This document shows, one piece after another, positions 12,123 through 24,509 of a stretch of 64,000 nt of DNA. The notes below the pieces were generated by a model. That model had not been told where the DNA came from. It saw only the letters and a program-made list of their open reading frames with translations, and ran no database searches. Source of the DNA: Zygnema circumcarinatum SAG 698-1b. Its lineage: Eukaryota; Plantae; Zygnematophyceae. Within the stretch, counting starts at the first letter, position 1. Each line of letters begins with the position of its first letter. The translations under genes were made by a program, and so were the position numbers. Where the stretch lies: NCBI GenBank assembly GCA_037447605.1, contig CM074809.1:3028689-3092688 (forward strand), in the 5' to 3' direction.

Positions 12123-12852
12123 ATGCGCGAGGCACTGCAGCTTTACCGGCGGCTACTGCGGCTCATAAGGGAGCTGCCCAGGGACGCGCAGGTCTACTAT
12201 GGGAGCTACTTGAGGGAGAACTATGTCGCCTTCAGCGACGAGCTGGAGCCCTCCCGCGTGGAGACTCTCGTGCAGAAGGGCCGCGAACACGCGCTATGGC
12301 TGCTCAAGAAGGTGCGCCGCTGCCTTGGGGGGTGCGTTTCTTCGCATATGGTTGGGAAAGGACGACTTGTGTTGAAAAATGTGGGAGTGAGTTTCTCGTT
12401 CTTGGTGGGGTAGGGATGAAGGTGGGGGGGTTAGTGGATGGGTTGTATCATGTCGGGGGAGAAGGCATTCCAGCAATTCTTTCCCGCTTTAATGAAAAGT
12501 AGGGATGTACCTAATTCCTGGTTGCTACCAATAATATTTTTTTTGCTCCATCGCGATTACTCGCTGTAGAAGGAAACGGAGGTGTTAGAAGAAATTGTTA
12601 TGCACTCATGGATGAGTGAGTCCTTATTCTCTGTATTCCATATGGGGAATCTAGATAGCTGCATTGAATCGTCATACATTTGTTTTCATGTTCAAAAAAA
12701 ACAGACTCAATTTGACTTTGGACGGCCTTACTTTTGAAGCGATATTCGACGTTGAGTATGGGAATGGGCGTCGTGTTTCTGGTCTCGTGCAAACGCAGTA
12801 CAATGTCGACCCCGTCAAGGCGGAATGCTTGAACACGATTGGGCAGCAGTGA
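12123..12852 (+). CDS. LYRM9: LYR-motif protein, LYRM9-like, 2 exons (12123-12311, 12799-12852)
   Basis: MREALQLYRRLLRLIRELPRDAQVYYGSYLRENYVAFSDELEPSRVETLVQKGREHALWLLKK|YNVDPVKAECLNTIGQQ*. The LYR motif plus the SDE..P.R...W...KY pattern matches LYRM9. Confidence 0.8.
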
Positions 12853-14481
12853 AAGGGCTGCAGCTGGCGACCCTGCTCAAGTTCACAGCCAACGCTATGA
12901 GTTCGTAATGACGTGTTTTTGAAGCCACCTCACATCAACCATGTGCCTGAACGTGTTCATGCTGAGGCCAACCCACTTTCAAGGCAAAACGAGCGGAGCG
13001 GAGCGGAGCAGCATGCTTTCGCACTTCTTTACTTCTGCAGCATTATGGGTTGCCTCCTCAATCGGAACGGAACGTCAAAATTTTATGTCTAGCCATGTTG
13101 TGTGACGGCTGCAATGCTCGCCTTTGTATTCCACGCATTGTAGATCCTGTTGCTGAAGAGACGTGAGCTAGGTAACGCTGGAGGTGCTGGATGACTTGAA
13201 CGTCAACAGGAGAATGTGAATAAGCAGATGAAGGGGCAGTAAAAGTTTTAGGCATACACGGCCACACCTTCTCCCACGGACCGGAGTGCTTTGAAGGTGG
13301 GACAAACCGAGTGGTGCTCTAAGCAAGTCGTGTTTAGGCTCTCTTCTCAAGCCCACTCATTGTTCATCGTTAACGGTGTGCCAAATACTCCTTGTGACAA
13401 AGAAGTACGAAATTCTGTTTTTTGTAGACTTCTTGTGCTGTTCCTTCTGGAGATTCTGAATTTTTAAGCAGTGACATTGTGTGCTTCACTACCGTGATTG
13501 GGATAAAAAAACCATTTGATTCACTTCGTTACTAAGACAGATGACAAGGATGGTGGCGTTTCGGTGCTTTTTCAAGGCACGGATGGTGACTCTCCAAAAC
13601 TCTGCCCGTCTCACGGAACACGAGCGTTAGATCTCCTTCATCACCGGGTTCAGGTGGGTGTTGGATCGCAGGCATTGAGAGTGCCTGCGAAACTAACACA
13701 TTTCAGATGTTGGCACACTGTTGCTGCTACACAATGCCCTTACAATTCTTAAAACATTTCTTAAAAAAAAATCTGGCAGACCTCTCTTGGATCCAAGAAG
13801 AAGGCTTGCCAACAACCACTTTCACAACCAACCTCGGCATGGAGCAGAAACGTCCAATTTCACAAACTTCAGACAATGACTGATGGAGAAGTCGGAAGGA
13901 TGAGCAGTGTAGCCATTGACCCTCGTCTGTCTGCATTCCCCATGAGAGATATCACAAGCATTGGGCAAATAATAATGCATTCAAAACAAAACAACGATCT
14001 CACCACTTTGTCCCAGTAAATGCAGTCGATAACAGCACCCCTTTGTATGGAAAAGCACACTATTGAACAGTTAGATTTTGCAAACAGTATTTGACATGAA
14101 GGGCGGAACACCGTTTGCAGGAGAAGGACTGTGGGTGCAAGGGTGTCCTGACGGCTACCACCAAATCACTACTGAATATTTCACCCAACCCGCGATGTAA
14201 ATTTTGAATAGAGTAAATACCTTGCTACACTACACTGAAGGGATATTGTTCACCAGTAAAAATCCCAATTCAATCATTTCCAGCATACCTGCCTCCTGCG
14301 AACTCCTAACCATGGAGGCAGTTGCTAGCTCTATGGCTTAAAGCGACCTGCACAATAGTGTTCGCACCCAAGTAGAGCACGAGCCTCCAAAGAGAGCGCC
14401 TCAGGTTTTTAAGACCTTTTGAGAATAGCACCAGTCAGCGGAGCCGTCCATTGTACAGAGCATAGACATGACGCAGAGGTT

Positions 14482-15907
14482 TTATTGGGTGAGAATAGCG
14501 TCGTCATAGCGTGGTTTTCCCATGCTGAAGTTCAGCACGCGGCAATCCATGTTGTACTGGATTTCTCCTGCCAAGAGCATCTTCCGAATATAATGCTCCA
14601 GGTCTGATCCAATCAAGCGTAGAGTGTACTCTGTAAGGTCAGCACCCTGCAAGACAAAAGTTGCTAGAACAACTTAGTTATGGATATGGACAGCGAATAG
14701 GAAGGGAGGTAAAGCACCTCACCAGGGTTAAAGTCAGAAAGTCAGAAAAGTCTGCATCTGTTCTTGGGATCACCAAAAGGGACTAGCGTTAACAACGAAG
14801 GAAACACGTCGTGTCGTTAGTTCAAATTCAAGCAGGTCATGCCACGTGTACTCATAATTAGACCAAATGTCGAAATTTAATTCACAAGTGTCATTAGGAA
14901 ACATGTCTTCAAAGGTGATGCACAGGTTCAAATACACCTCGGCATGTTATTGGAGGAGAACCCCTACCGCATAGTTGTCCACTAGCTCCGCGAATTCGTC
15001 GTACACGCTTTGCAGTTTGTCATCTGGCCAGACAAACTCATTATCCGGATCCACCATGAGCGACAACTTCTCCATTTGTGACTGATCCATCGCCATTGTT
15101 TCCGGGTCAATGTAGCCAACATAAATGCGAATATGTCGTGTTGTGCAACTCAGCCATCTCCCTCCCTGCGGGAAGCAAAGGAAATTCAAAGTCACAAAGC
15201 CTATCAAACCCGATCACAACGAAAAAGGAGAACATCGTTTCCCTGCAAACGTAAAAGCCAATAAGGGCTGTGGCTATGTGTCGTGTGCACGGGAATTTTG
15301 CTTTCCGTAGAATTATTGCTGTGATGAGGGTTGAGAACAAGGAAAGGGTAGTGTAACCTCTGGTTGCTCACGCAATAAGTTTGTATTTACAAACGATGCA
15401 ACACATAAAACGAGAAGAGACTTGCAGTTACAGAAAGTTTCCTCATCTAGGGTTATTGATGGAGATAAGAGCTTATGTAAAGTTAAGGCCAGCAACGATC
15501 TAGCTGCTTGCTGTCTCCATTTCGAGCCTGCCTTACAAGTGGGATACACAATGCAGTTTGACATAAGGGAAATCGAACAATCGTCCGATGGACCAAAATG
15601 TAGCCTCGACGCTGCATTTCAAACGTACCTGCAGTACACCCTTCCTTTGAAGACCCTTGTTCTGAGTTATGCCGGAAGTCTCCCCCACAGCCTGCTGCAC
15701 TAAGGACCCTCCGCGAGCACCTCTCCGAACAGTCTTCGCAGAGCAAAGCTTCGACGTCTCCCCAAAGAAGCACACATCTCCTCCAAACCCTCCTAGAGCC
15801 ACCGAAACTGCGGCTGGCGCCGCTCCTGTAGTGACGGCACCCCTCTCACGGGCACAAACGCTTCCTCCACATGCTGCCTGAGCGAGCACGGAGCTGATGG
15901 CAGCCAT
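14482..15907 (-). CDS. ndhM: Plastid NAD(P)H dehydrogenase (NDH-1) subunit M with transit peptide
   Basis: Exons 14968-15165 and 14482-14646 give WLSCTTRHIRIYVGYIDPET...VDPDNEFVWPDDKLQSVYDEFAELVDNYA|GADLTEYTLRLIGSDLEHYIRKMLLAGEIQYNMDCRVLNFSMGKPR, the diagnostic NdhM sequence. The Ala/Ser-rich first exon runs 15629-15907. Confidence 0.93.
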
Positions 15908-16743
15908 GGCGGGCGCTACAAACCCTTGCAAGCCTGCCCTTGAAGCACCTCCTGCAGCGGCTGCAGCCAACGGCCGGCTCTCAGCCAGAGGGCATTATCC
16001 GTCCGGAGGCCGCCCGGCGGGCGCGGTAAATCCACTTCACAAACTCAGGTTTGCAAACCTGGCGGCCGCCAAACCGAGTTTCTGGTTTCTGGTATTTTAG
16101 CTTTGACTCGTTACGAATGGCTGACTAAAGTCACAAGTCATGTGTTGACTTAGTCATTTCGATATTTTGGCATTTCGGTCATGGTCAAATATCGGAGGTA
16201 TCGGGATATAAGGGACAGTATCGGTATTGGAGATATCCCTTTTCTCAGCTTTCGCCAACTGGAGCTGATGGTCTGCTGAGCGCTATTCGCAAAAACAAAA
16301 AAAAAAAAAATGGGGGAAGGGGAAGGGGGATTCGTAGAGGATACGGTATGGGGCCGATATGAGACTCGGAACTATGCTGAGATTTGTGGTCCTTTTTGGA
16401 GGGAAGGAAAGTCGCACTGAGCTGACATGATAGAAACAGCTTACTTTCTCAGCACGCCTTCAGAAGAACATTCAGCAATGTTCAGTATTTGGCCCCAAGC
16501 CAAGTCCGGCAATGAAAGTTTTAGGGTCACAGCACATAGCCATCAATAACACTCTCTGTTTGTTGCGGTTCATTTGGCCACATTCAGGTTGGTATCACGA
16601 ACAATCGAGCTCGTTGTCTGAGGGGTTGTTTTCTTTACAAAAAACCAAATGAATGTACTACTACTACAAAGGCAGTCTCCAGTATTTCAGTTGAGCTCCC
16701 ACCGTGTTTCCGCCTCCTATCTTTCTCCTTGTCAAACTTACAA

Positions 16744-19700
16744 TCATAAACTTCTTTTCCTGCCTTCCCTGGCAAACCCTAACATCTCCTGCCATTCACT
16801 CCCGAGCGGGCAGGGCACACCCCTCCAAAAGGGGCTCTCACGAACCAGGAACGGCCAAACTCCTCCCAACTTTTCCGCGAGACGTGACCGCCTCTCTTGA
16901 GCTTCTCCCACACCCTCACTAAGTCGGGGTATCAAGAATTCCTCCATTAAGAGCGAGTTTGCCTGTTTTCCATTAATCTCACGTAAACTTGCTAGAAGCT
17001 GCTGCAGATCCTGGGCAGTCATCTGCCAATAAGCAGATGCCTCAAAGGCCAACCCCAACTCCCCCGCAGCCAAGAGGTGCTCTGCCGCAGCACTGAGAAG
17101 GATGGAGTATGCTGCCCCCGACTTGGCTACTATACGAGCTGTTAAAGGCATCCCTGCATAAAGCCTAGTTAATGGACATCTGCTCCGTGCACGCCCTCTG
17201 ACTTGTGAGAGAGATGAATGATGAGAGTGCGGGTAAATGTCCCTAAATACTTTCCACGCTCGGGAAAGTAAGCCAGAACCTTTGCACATCTAAAACAGGT
17301 TTTTGGATCAGATTTGAGGAGCAGAACCTTCTCATGTGCAGACATGCCAGAAGCTTCAAACCAACACATTTCCGACAGGAAACAGCATGACAATGACGAC
17401 ATGCAGGCCTTACCAAAGTCAGAAAGTGGTGTCACCTGTATCCTTGGCCTCCATATTGTCAGAAGCCTTCATCTCTGCAGCAGTTAGCCGCAGCATGCTT
17501 GCAAGAACAGTGTAAGCGTCCAGACACGTGCGATGCCAAGGGTGCAGGCCTTGCCACACTCTCGAAGTTGGAGCTCTTATACTTGCCCTCTGAAGTTCGA
17601 CAAAGCTTGGTTCTCCCGAAGAGTAGCTTCCTGTCTCTCCCCCAATTTCCCCCCCTCCCTTCCCTCATGAGTCACGGGAATCATCCTTCTTCTCATCACA
17701 GATCTAGAATGTTCCGCTATTTCTACAAATGAACTGTAATCAAGAAATGCATAATTTCAGCAGAGGTCTTGGACACTCTTGGTCACCATTTCTACTGCAA
17801 TTCCTGCTGTCGCCGCTACCAGAGCATTCCTTTCCTGCAAAGCTAGGGGAGCCATCATAATTCTGGCATTGCTTTGAACGCTTCAAAATGCTATATGTAT
17901 TTAGAAGATTAGAATGAAACCCAGGGCACATTTTCTACTTTTTTCTTGTCCACTTCCCAATGGTCCATGAAGACCCTCATTCCCTGTATGCCACAACCTT
18001 TCTTAACTCCTTTCCATCACATGCTCGCTATCAAATTGAAAATGAACACCGCTCAGGAAAAAAGAATTGGCGAAACATGACGTACCCCTCACTTCCGATG
18101 TCCGAGCCTCCGAAGTTGCATGGAATCCTTCAGTCCTCCCCCCCCTAAGAGCTTGGAACAGAGCTGCCTCCAGAAGACGACAACTTTCTTGTATTTCGGA
18201 AGAAGAAGCTGCTGCTACCATTTCCACTGCCTGCGATAGGGCCGCCTCCAACGAACCAAGCCTCTCCTGCGTGCTGTCAGAATGTTTTCCGCACAGCGAG
18301 CAAATGCTTACCTTCTCGCTTTGAGTTTCTTCCGTTTCCCTAGTCACATCGTCGTCCTGCCCATAATATTACCCCCAATATCTGGTCACTCCCATGGCAG
18401 TGAGCCTGAAACCAATGCTTGCCCAAACAGATATGACCAAATGTAGGCGAAGTAGCGGATACTGATACATTCATAAGCAAGAATGTTGAGAGCATGCACC
18501 ATGAATGCGGTGTTACGTGTTAGTTATCTAGTAAAGCAAAGGAACGCTCAGGGAAGGTCGTAATGCAACCCCTGCATGCGACCTGGCCAAAAAATCTCCA
18601 TAAAGAAAACATCTTGATCTGCTCACATTGGAAACCAGCCAACCGTTGCAGGAAACAGCGGAACAGCGGCCAATAGCCGCAAGGAAATAGTCTGATGCAG
18701 CTGACTGCGGAACTTGGCAGCGCAGACAGGAGCAAGTGAAGAGATATCGGGACAATAGGGCAGTCTGACGCTGCCTCTGCAGGACAACAATATGGAATTA
18801 GCCCTTCATGGACACCTGCATATCCGAAGAAACCTGCTTTTGTCTTTCTGGCAAAAACCACGTTTGACCTCGCTTTTTCCAACTTGGCCTTTCTACGTCA
18901 TTAGTCCCGTCAAGGTCTCAAAGGCCTCGTGCTGAGATGCAACTTCATAAAAACGCCGTTCATAACTAAGTAACAAGGCATTCCATCCAAAGTCTATCAC
19001 TTAACGGCTTGCCGAGAGCTTTTACAGAAACCAGGCAATCACCTTTGGTTGCAGCAGATCAGTATATGTTATGCATATTTCTTCCCCTTCAGAAATATCC
19101 CTTAGCGTTTGCACCACAACAACAGGCCCCGGGCCGCGACTGGTCGGCCCGGCCCTTGCGTCACCTCCCTCACAAGAATGTGGCAATGTTTCCTCTCCAA
19201 CCCCCTCCCTGCGTCTCTTCCCAGTTACTCTATGACTGGCTTGATACAGTTCCTTAGCATTTGGTGGGTACATCACGTTATGCTTGATGCTTCCCCATAG
19301 CTGCAAGTTATACCCTGCTGTAACTTTATCTGGTGCGGCTTCAGTAATTGCTGAATCTTTGTTAATGCTGTCTGACAAAAACTTGCTAACATTGAAATTT
19401 GTAGGAACACCTGCAGCAGCGGCAGCCTCATGAACTGCCTGGGCTAAAACTGAAAGGATGTTCGTTTGATTACCGGTAGGAACCACTAAAGGAAATTCAA
19501 TTGAAGAGGCCTTAGCACTTCCAGACTCTTCGCTCGACCAAGAGTGTGCAGGCCCGCTCAAAGTGGTGCCACTGGATAAATCTGCAAAACAAACTCCTGA
19601 CTCGGGGAAGGTTTGGAATGTAGCTGAGCTTTCCTGCAAGTTTGATTCATTGACTCTAGCTTGCTGCGAGTTCCTGCTGGGATCCATCACAACGGCAGAT

Positions 19701-21079
19701 GACCCGAATGATCCCTGTGGATGCATTGTGCAAAACTTGTAAAATGCATTGGGACGGCAGCTGTGGTTAAGCCATGAAAAGGGTGGCGGATATATGGAGC
19801 AGCCTACTGGACTCGAGTGCCCTGATTTATGCTCGTACGCCTCCAATCCTGTACAGAGTCCTGAATCAACCGTGATAGGTAAATTACTAGTGGTTGCTTG
19901 GCATCCGCAAGTACTGAAACAAGTACTAACAGATGCCTCTCCTAGGCAGACCTCTACAGCATTCGTAAGTACATATAAGAGCGCCTCTTCAGCCCGACTT
20001 AACACATCTGCACTCTTGAGTTTTCCCGAAACTTCGGTTTCGCTCATCACGTTTGGCATCGAATTACCATGATTGTCGATTACATCAAAGTCTACGGCTG
20101 TTCTCGCAGGCCCATTACGTTGCTCCCGTTTATTATTACCCGTAAGCTGTTCCTGAATGTCGACTGAGTCAGGTTTTCCACAGTTTCCTCTAAAGCAATG
20201 TTCGTTTTTTGTGCAAGAATTTACTTCCGCATTCCCCGCCAAACCTAAACTACTGTCCTCAGCCAGCTCCGTGAACATACCCATGGTAAGTGCTGCTTGC
20301 CGAATTTCATGGGCCATGCGCTGGATGTCATCTATTGTCCGCGGTTCTCCTACTCGTTTAAAGCCATTGTCCTTTATCGAGCCATAATTACAAATCTTTT
20401 CAAATGCCAATTTGTTGCTCGCAAGTCCAAACACTCTGCATTCACGAGCATCTTCGTTTGTAACTTCTGAATCATCGTCGTTGCAGACGTTTAAATCATG
20501 ACACCAAAGCTGCTTCGAGTTGCACTCCAACTTTGTAGCGCACAGAATTAACCGCAGGCCCAATCGTAAATCTCGCAAACCTCCAAGGCTGGGAAATGTC
20601 TCTATCTGAGGATGAGCCAGTAGATGGCATTCTCCACTTGCCATATGATAAAACTTGGCAGCAGTCGCACAAGTGTAACTGCAAAATATCGCTCTCCCCT
20701 TACAAAATTTGGAACATCGCCTTAGACCTTCATTACACTCGTTTGAAAATGTAAGTGGGAGTGATGATGTGGCCAAACTAGCAGGTTCCGTTATTTCCAG
20801 CCTATCCTCCCCCTGAAGTGAAGTTCCTTGCTGTTCAGATGACGTGAAACCAGACCTGCACTCATCCGAACCAGCACAGACTTCGGCTAATCCTGATAAA
20901 CTGCGAAGGCAGACTGAGCAGTGCGACGACAAGCATGCATCATCTGGCACTGCAGCGATTGGATAAGCTTCAATGATGCGAGTGAGCGCGCTGATGTTCG
21001 CCCTTGCAAGAATATGCCGCCCTCTCGCAGCGCTTGCTACGGAGGCCAAGCTGTGATGCGCGTAACTCGCCATGAGCAT
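16744..21079 (-). CDS. SMYD/ASHR-type SET + MYND protein, SET DOMAIN GROUP 41-like
   Basis: First exon 19043-21079 has a split SET domain (GRHILAR..., HCSVC...CSYTC MYND-like, FSWLNHSCRPN, GEEICITYTDLLQP). The next exon, from 18776, reads RQTALLSRYLFTCSCLRC (post-SET). The C-terminus VWPFLVRESPFWRGVPCP resembles plant SDG41. The internal exons at 17.4-18.4 kb were only roughly placed. Confidence 0.82.
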
Positions 21080-21093
21080 GAACTGCCCGTGGC

Positions 21094-21277
21094 AACCCTA
21101 ACCCTAACCCTAACCCTCACCCTCACCCAACCCTAACCCTAACCCTAACCCTAACCCTAACCCTAACCCTAACCCTAACCCTAACCCTAACCCTAACCCT
21201 AACCCTAACCCTAACCCTAACCCTAACCCTAACCCTAAACCTAACCCTAAACCTAACCCTAACCCTAATCCTAACCC
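21094..21277 (+). repeat. Interstitial telomeric repeat, about 30 units of (CCCTAA)n with a few variants
   Basis: Direct read. It begins about 15 bp upstream of the SET-gene ATG (minus strand). Confidence 0.95.
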
Positions 21278-21389
21278 GAGCTGCAGCGGGTCCTCCAGTA
21301 GCACTCCTGCGCCACGCGGTGCCGGAGAGCCTGGCTGTGAGCGCGCCGGAGGAAAACCAGCTTCACTGCGGTGTTGGTAACGTACGGCG

Positions 21390-21675
21390 GTTCAGGGTAC
21401 AGGTTTAAGGTCTAGGGTTTAAGGTTGAGGTTTAGGGTTAGGATTAGGGTTGAAGTTTAGGGTTCCGCATTCAGCTTAGATTTAGGGCTCAGGTTTACGA
21501 TTTTTAGGTCTAGGGTTCAGGATTCAGGTCCAAAGGTCAGGGTTCAGGGTTTAGGGTTGAGTGGTGATGGTTTTTAGGGTTTTTAGGGTTTTTAGGGTTT
21601 TAGGGGCTAGGGGCCAGGACCTAGGGGCGAGGGGTCAGGACCTAGGACCTAGGGGCGAGGGCCCAGGGCCTAGGG
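21390..21675 (+). repeat. Degenerate G-strand telomere-like array (TTAGGG/TTTAGGG/TTTTTAGGG/TTCAGGG, grading into CTAGGGG)
   Basis: Direct read. It lies in the opposite orientation to the 21094-21277 tract. Confidence 0.8.
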
Positions 21676-22811
21676 GCTACGGGCTAAGGGCCTGCTCCGT
21701 TCGCAGTGGGGAAAAGCGGAGAGGGGAGCCGAAGGGAGCGGGCGGGCGAGAGGGCACGAGGGGGTGGCTTGGCTCGGGCAGAGAGGGAGGGAGAGAGTGA
21801 GGCATAGAGAGGCCGGATGGGTCGAGCTTCTCATGGTCGGGACTGGTCCGTCCGTCCGTCCGTCGGCGCCGCCAGGGAGGCGTGGCATCCCCCGCAGGGC
21901 CCGTTTCTGGACATCCACGAGTTGAACACGGGGGAGGCTCAACTTCCACCTCTATTTTTGTGTGGAACGAAGACTCGAGATTGCGTTTGGCATAACTCAA
22001 ACCAAAAGCAGAGCAGGAGACAGCGTCACTGGAAAGGAGAACTTGCGCGTGCCAATTTGGAATTGCATGCCATTGCCAGACAGACGCGCTCTTTACGGTA
22101 AAGTGGCTTTCTGCAGGATATCGACAATTCTTGGTGTGACCTAACAACCTGCACATCGTCTGAGCGACGGTCGCAGGTACAAAAAGGGAGAGAGCGCATA
22201 GTAACAGAGGAAGAAACAATGGACATCATCACTACTTCCACTAGGGAGTAAAAACGGTTGCTAGCAACTACTGGATCGTCGATCATAGTTTACAACCCTA
22301 ATTTGAGCTCGTAAATGAAGCTGAAACTAATCAAACCACTCTTCCAACATCTACAATATGAGCATGTCTGAATAGACATTGAAAAATAATTAAATGTAAA
22401 ATCTTCCCCGGCGAGAAGAAAAAGGAAGTGGAGGAAAAAAGCAGCTTCCAAAACGTTGAGCAATTCTGCTCTTCCACTGCAAAAACTTTACTCTCACTCC
22501 ACCTCCGGTTTCCTCCTCACGAGATAGCAAGGGCCAATACAGCGAATGTCCGATCCCACCTCCTTCTCCACCGCTCTATGGGCCTGTTCACTGGGCACAA
22601 AAGCTGCACCAAAAAAAGCCGCCACGTTTGTTTTGACAAACTTGGCAAAAAGTCGTTTCCTTTCAATCCTGCCACCTGCTCCTCCCTGCCCGCGCCTGCC
22701 TGCTGCGCATCTGCCATCGATATCGAAGCTTTCTAGCTTGAAAAAAGGGCCATGAAGGGATACAGGCGGAAGTAAAAGGCGATGCATGTCCTGAAATACA
22801 GTCGGCGGCTG

Positions 22812-24509
22812 CTACATCCTGGAAAGGAAAGGGAGCAGCTCAACTATCGCTTGGTTGAACTGGAGTGGAATTGCTGCTTCAGTCGAGCCATGCCGCGGAG
22901 CGAGCATGCTCCGGCAGTTGCAGTTTGAGAGATTTTCAGGTTGCTCATTAACGCCCAACATTTCCCTAATCTCTGCAACGGAAAATTTGTTAGTCACAGA
23001 GGGTGAAGGTAACTGTTCGTCTTCTGCGTATGCATGCGAGCTTTCTTCAATCCGAGGTATATGTGGTACAACTATGGATTCCATCTCATTTTCGTTCCCA
23101 CATAGGGGCAGCGCCTTCTGTTTATACTCACAGAAGCTAGAGTTTGACACAAGGTCCCAACTGGGAGAGGCTGAATGAACGTAGGGGAGGTCCATGGAGG
23201 GCGGGAGAAGAAACTCTGACAAATTTGCACTTGCAGGTTCTGGTGAACCCTCATGCCGGCTGCGAGGGAGTTCAAGAGCATGATGGTGGGATGGTGCCAA
23301 CACTTCAACCTCGTTCTCTATGTGAAGTTCAGCCATTGCCTTCTCTTCGGCATGCCCCACTTGGCATCCATGGTCTAACTCCATCACAGCAGAGTCCCCT
23401 CCGAGAGTCGACGGTTTGCAGGGTATTATAAAACCCTCTTTGGCAGAACATTCTTCACCACTGCTACTGCTATCGTTGAGAAAGGCGTCACGACCAAGAA
23501 CAGATGCAATGGTTGACTTCTCAACGTTGAAGGCGCAGGCAGCCTCGATATCGTCAGCCTGCAGAGGCAGAGGAGCCACATATTTACTTGTCAGACTTGT
23601 CTATCTCCATCCGAAATTCAGTCGTATCAGACGGTTGACGTTCTGCTTTCTCCATGTACTAATCCTCTGATTTCATCCTGCAACATTTTATTATCCTTTA
23701 AAAAAGAAAAAAAAATGTTGCAGACAGACATACATACATACCGTAGCATTGTGAAGAATGCTGGCGAGTACCTTGCGGTAGCGATTCCGGAGTGAGCTTT
23801 TCCAATGGTTCTGCAACCCTAACGCGCCGAGCGCTTGCATGAGGAACATCCTTCACCGTTCATCAAACAAACGAAAGTTTGGCTAAAGAAAGAAAGAAGT
23901 TTCCAAGCTTTATGCAGAGGATGAAAGACGACGTGAGGAGGCCTCACTCTGACGGCGCAGTCAGTCCTCCCCGGCAGCTGCTTGGCGATGCGAGCCCACT
24001 GCCGGCCGTGCTTCACCAGTCCGAGGGCGATTGTTCGGCTCTCCTTCTCCGAGAACGGGACATGCTTCAGCTGCGCAGACACCATTCATCCCCATCCATA
24101 ACGTGCACATAATATCGTTAAATAATGCGACATTCATTTTCCTATTCCCTCTGGTTCTTTCAAACACTCTCACTCGCACTGGCGAGCACTGCTGTGCTCG
24201 TTTCACCCCCCAGCATCTACCACCAAAATCGATTCCTATTCCCTCTCCACCCCTCCCTCCCCGCCTCCCTTTCACCTTCCCCCCCCCTCCCCCCCTCTCC
24301 CCTCCCCTCACCTGCGGGTCCAGGTGCTGCAGCCACCTCCTCCGGCAGCTCTTGGCGGACCGCCCGCGCAGGCCCGCGAGCGCTCGCACTGCGGGCCACG
24401 CCACGGCCATGGCCGCCCCGCCCCGCGCCACTGCGCGCCGCAGCGCCGCGTCCTCCGCCGCCGTCCACACGCGCCGCCGCGAGCCCCCGCCCCCGCGCTC
24501 GCCCGCCAT
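22812..24509 (-). CDS. R2R3-MYB transcription factor
   Basis: Exons 24312-24509, 23948-24070, 23772-23810 and 22812-23558 splice in phase 0: WTAAEDAAL...GLRGRSAKSCRRRWLQHLDPQ|LKHVPFSEKE...HGRQWARIAKQLPGRTDCAVR|NHWKSSLRNRYRK. The C-terminus may extend further through extra exons at 21.3-22.8 kb. Confidence 0.88.

Noticed and set aside
13627-14313. Possible multi-exon gene between LYRM9 and NdhM (faint OB-fold/SPATA22-like impression)
   Set aside because: Splice-like sites exist, but I could not build a phase-consistent, stop-free model from a start codon, and the similarity is too weak.
21110-21304. Poly-(Leu-Gly) ORF
   Set aside because: It is only the translation of (TTAGGG)n, and a GT donor lies at the start of the tract.
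21094-21675. Ancestral telomere-telomere chromosome fusion site
   Set aside because: A fusion gives (TTAGGG)n followed by (CCCTAA)n; here the order is reversed.
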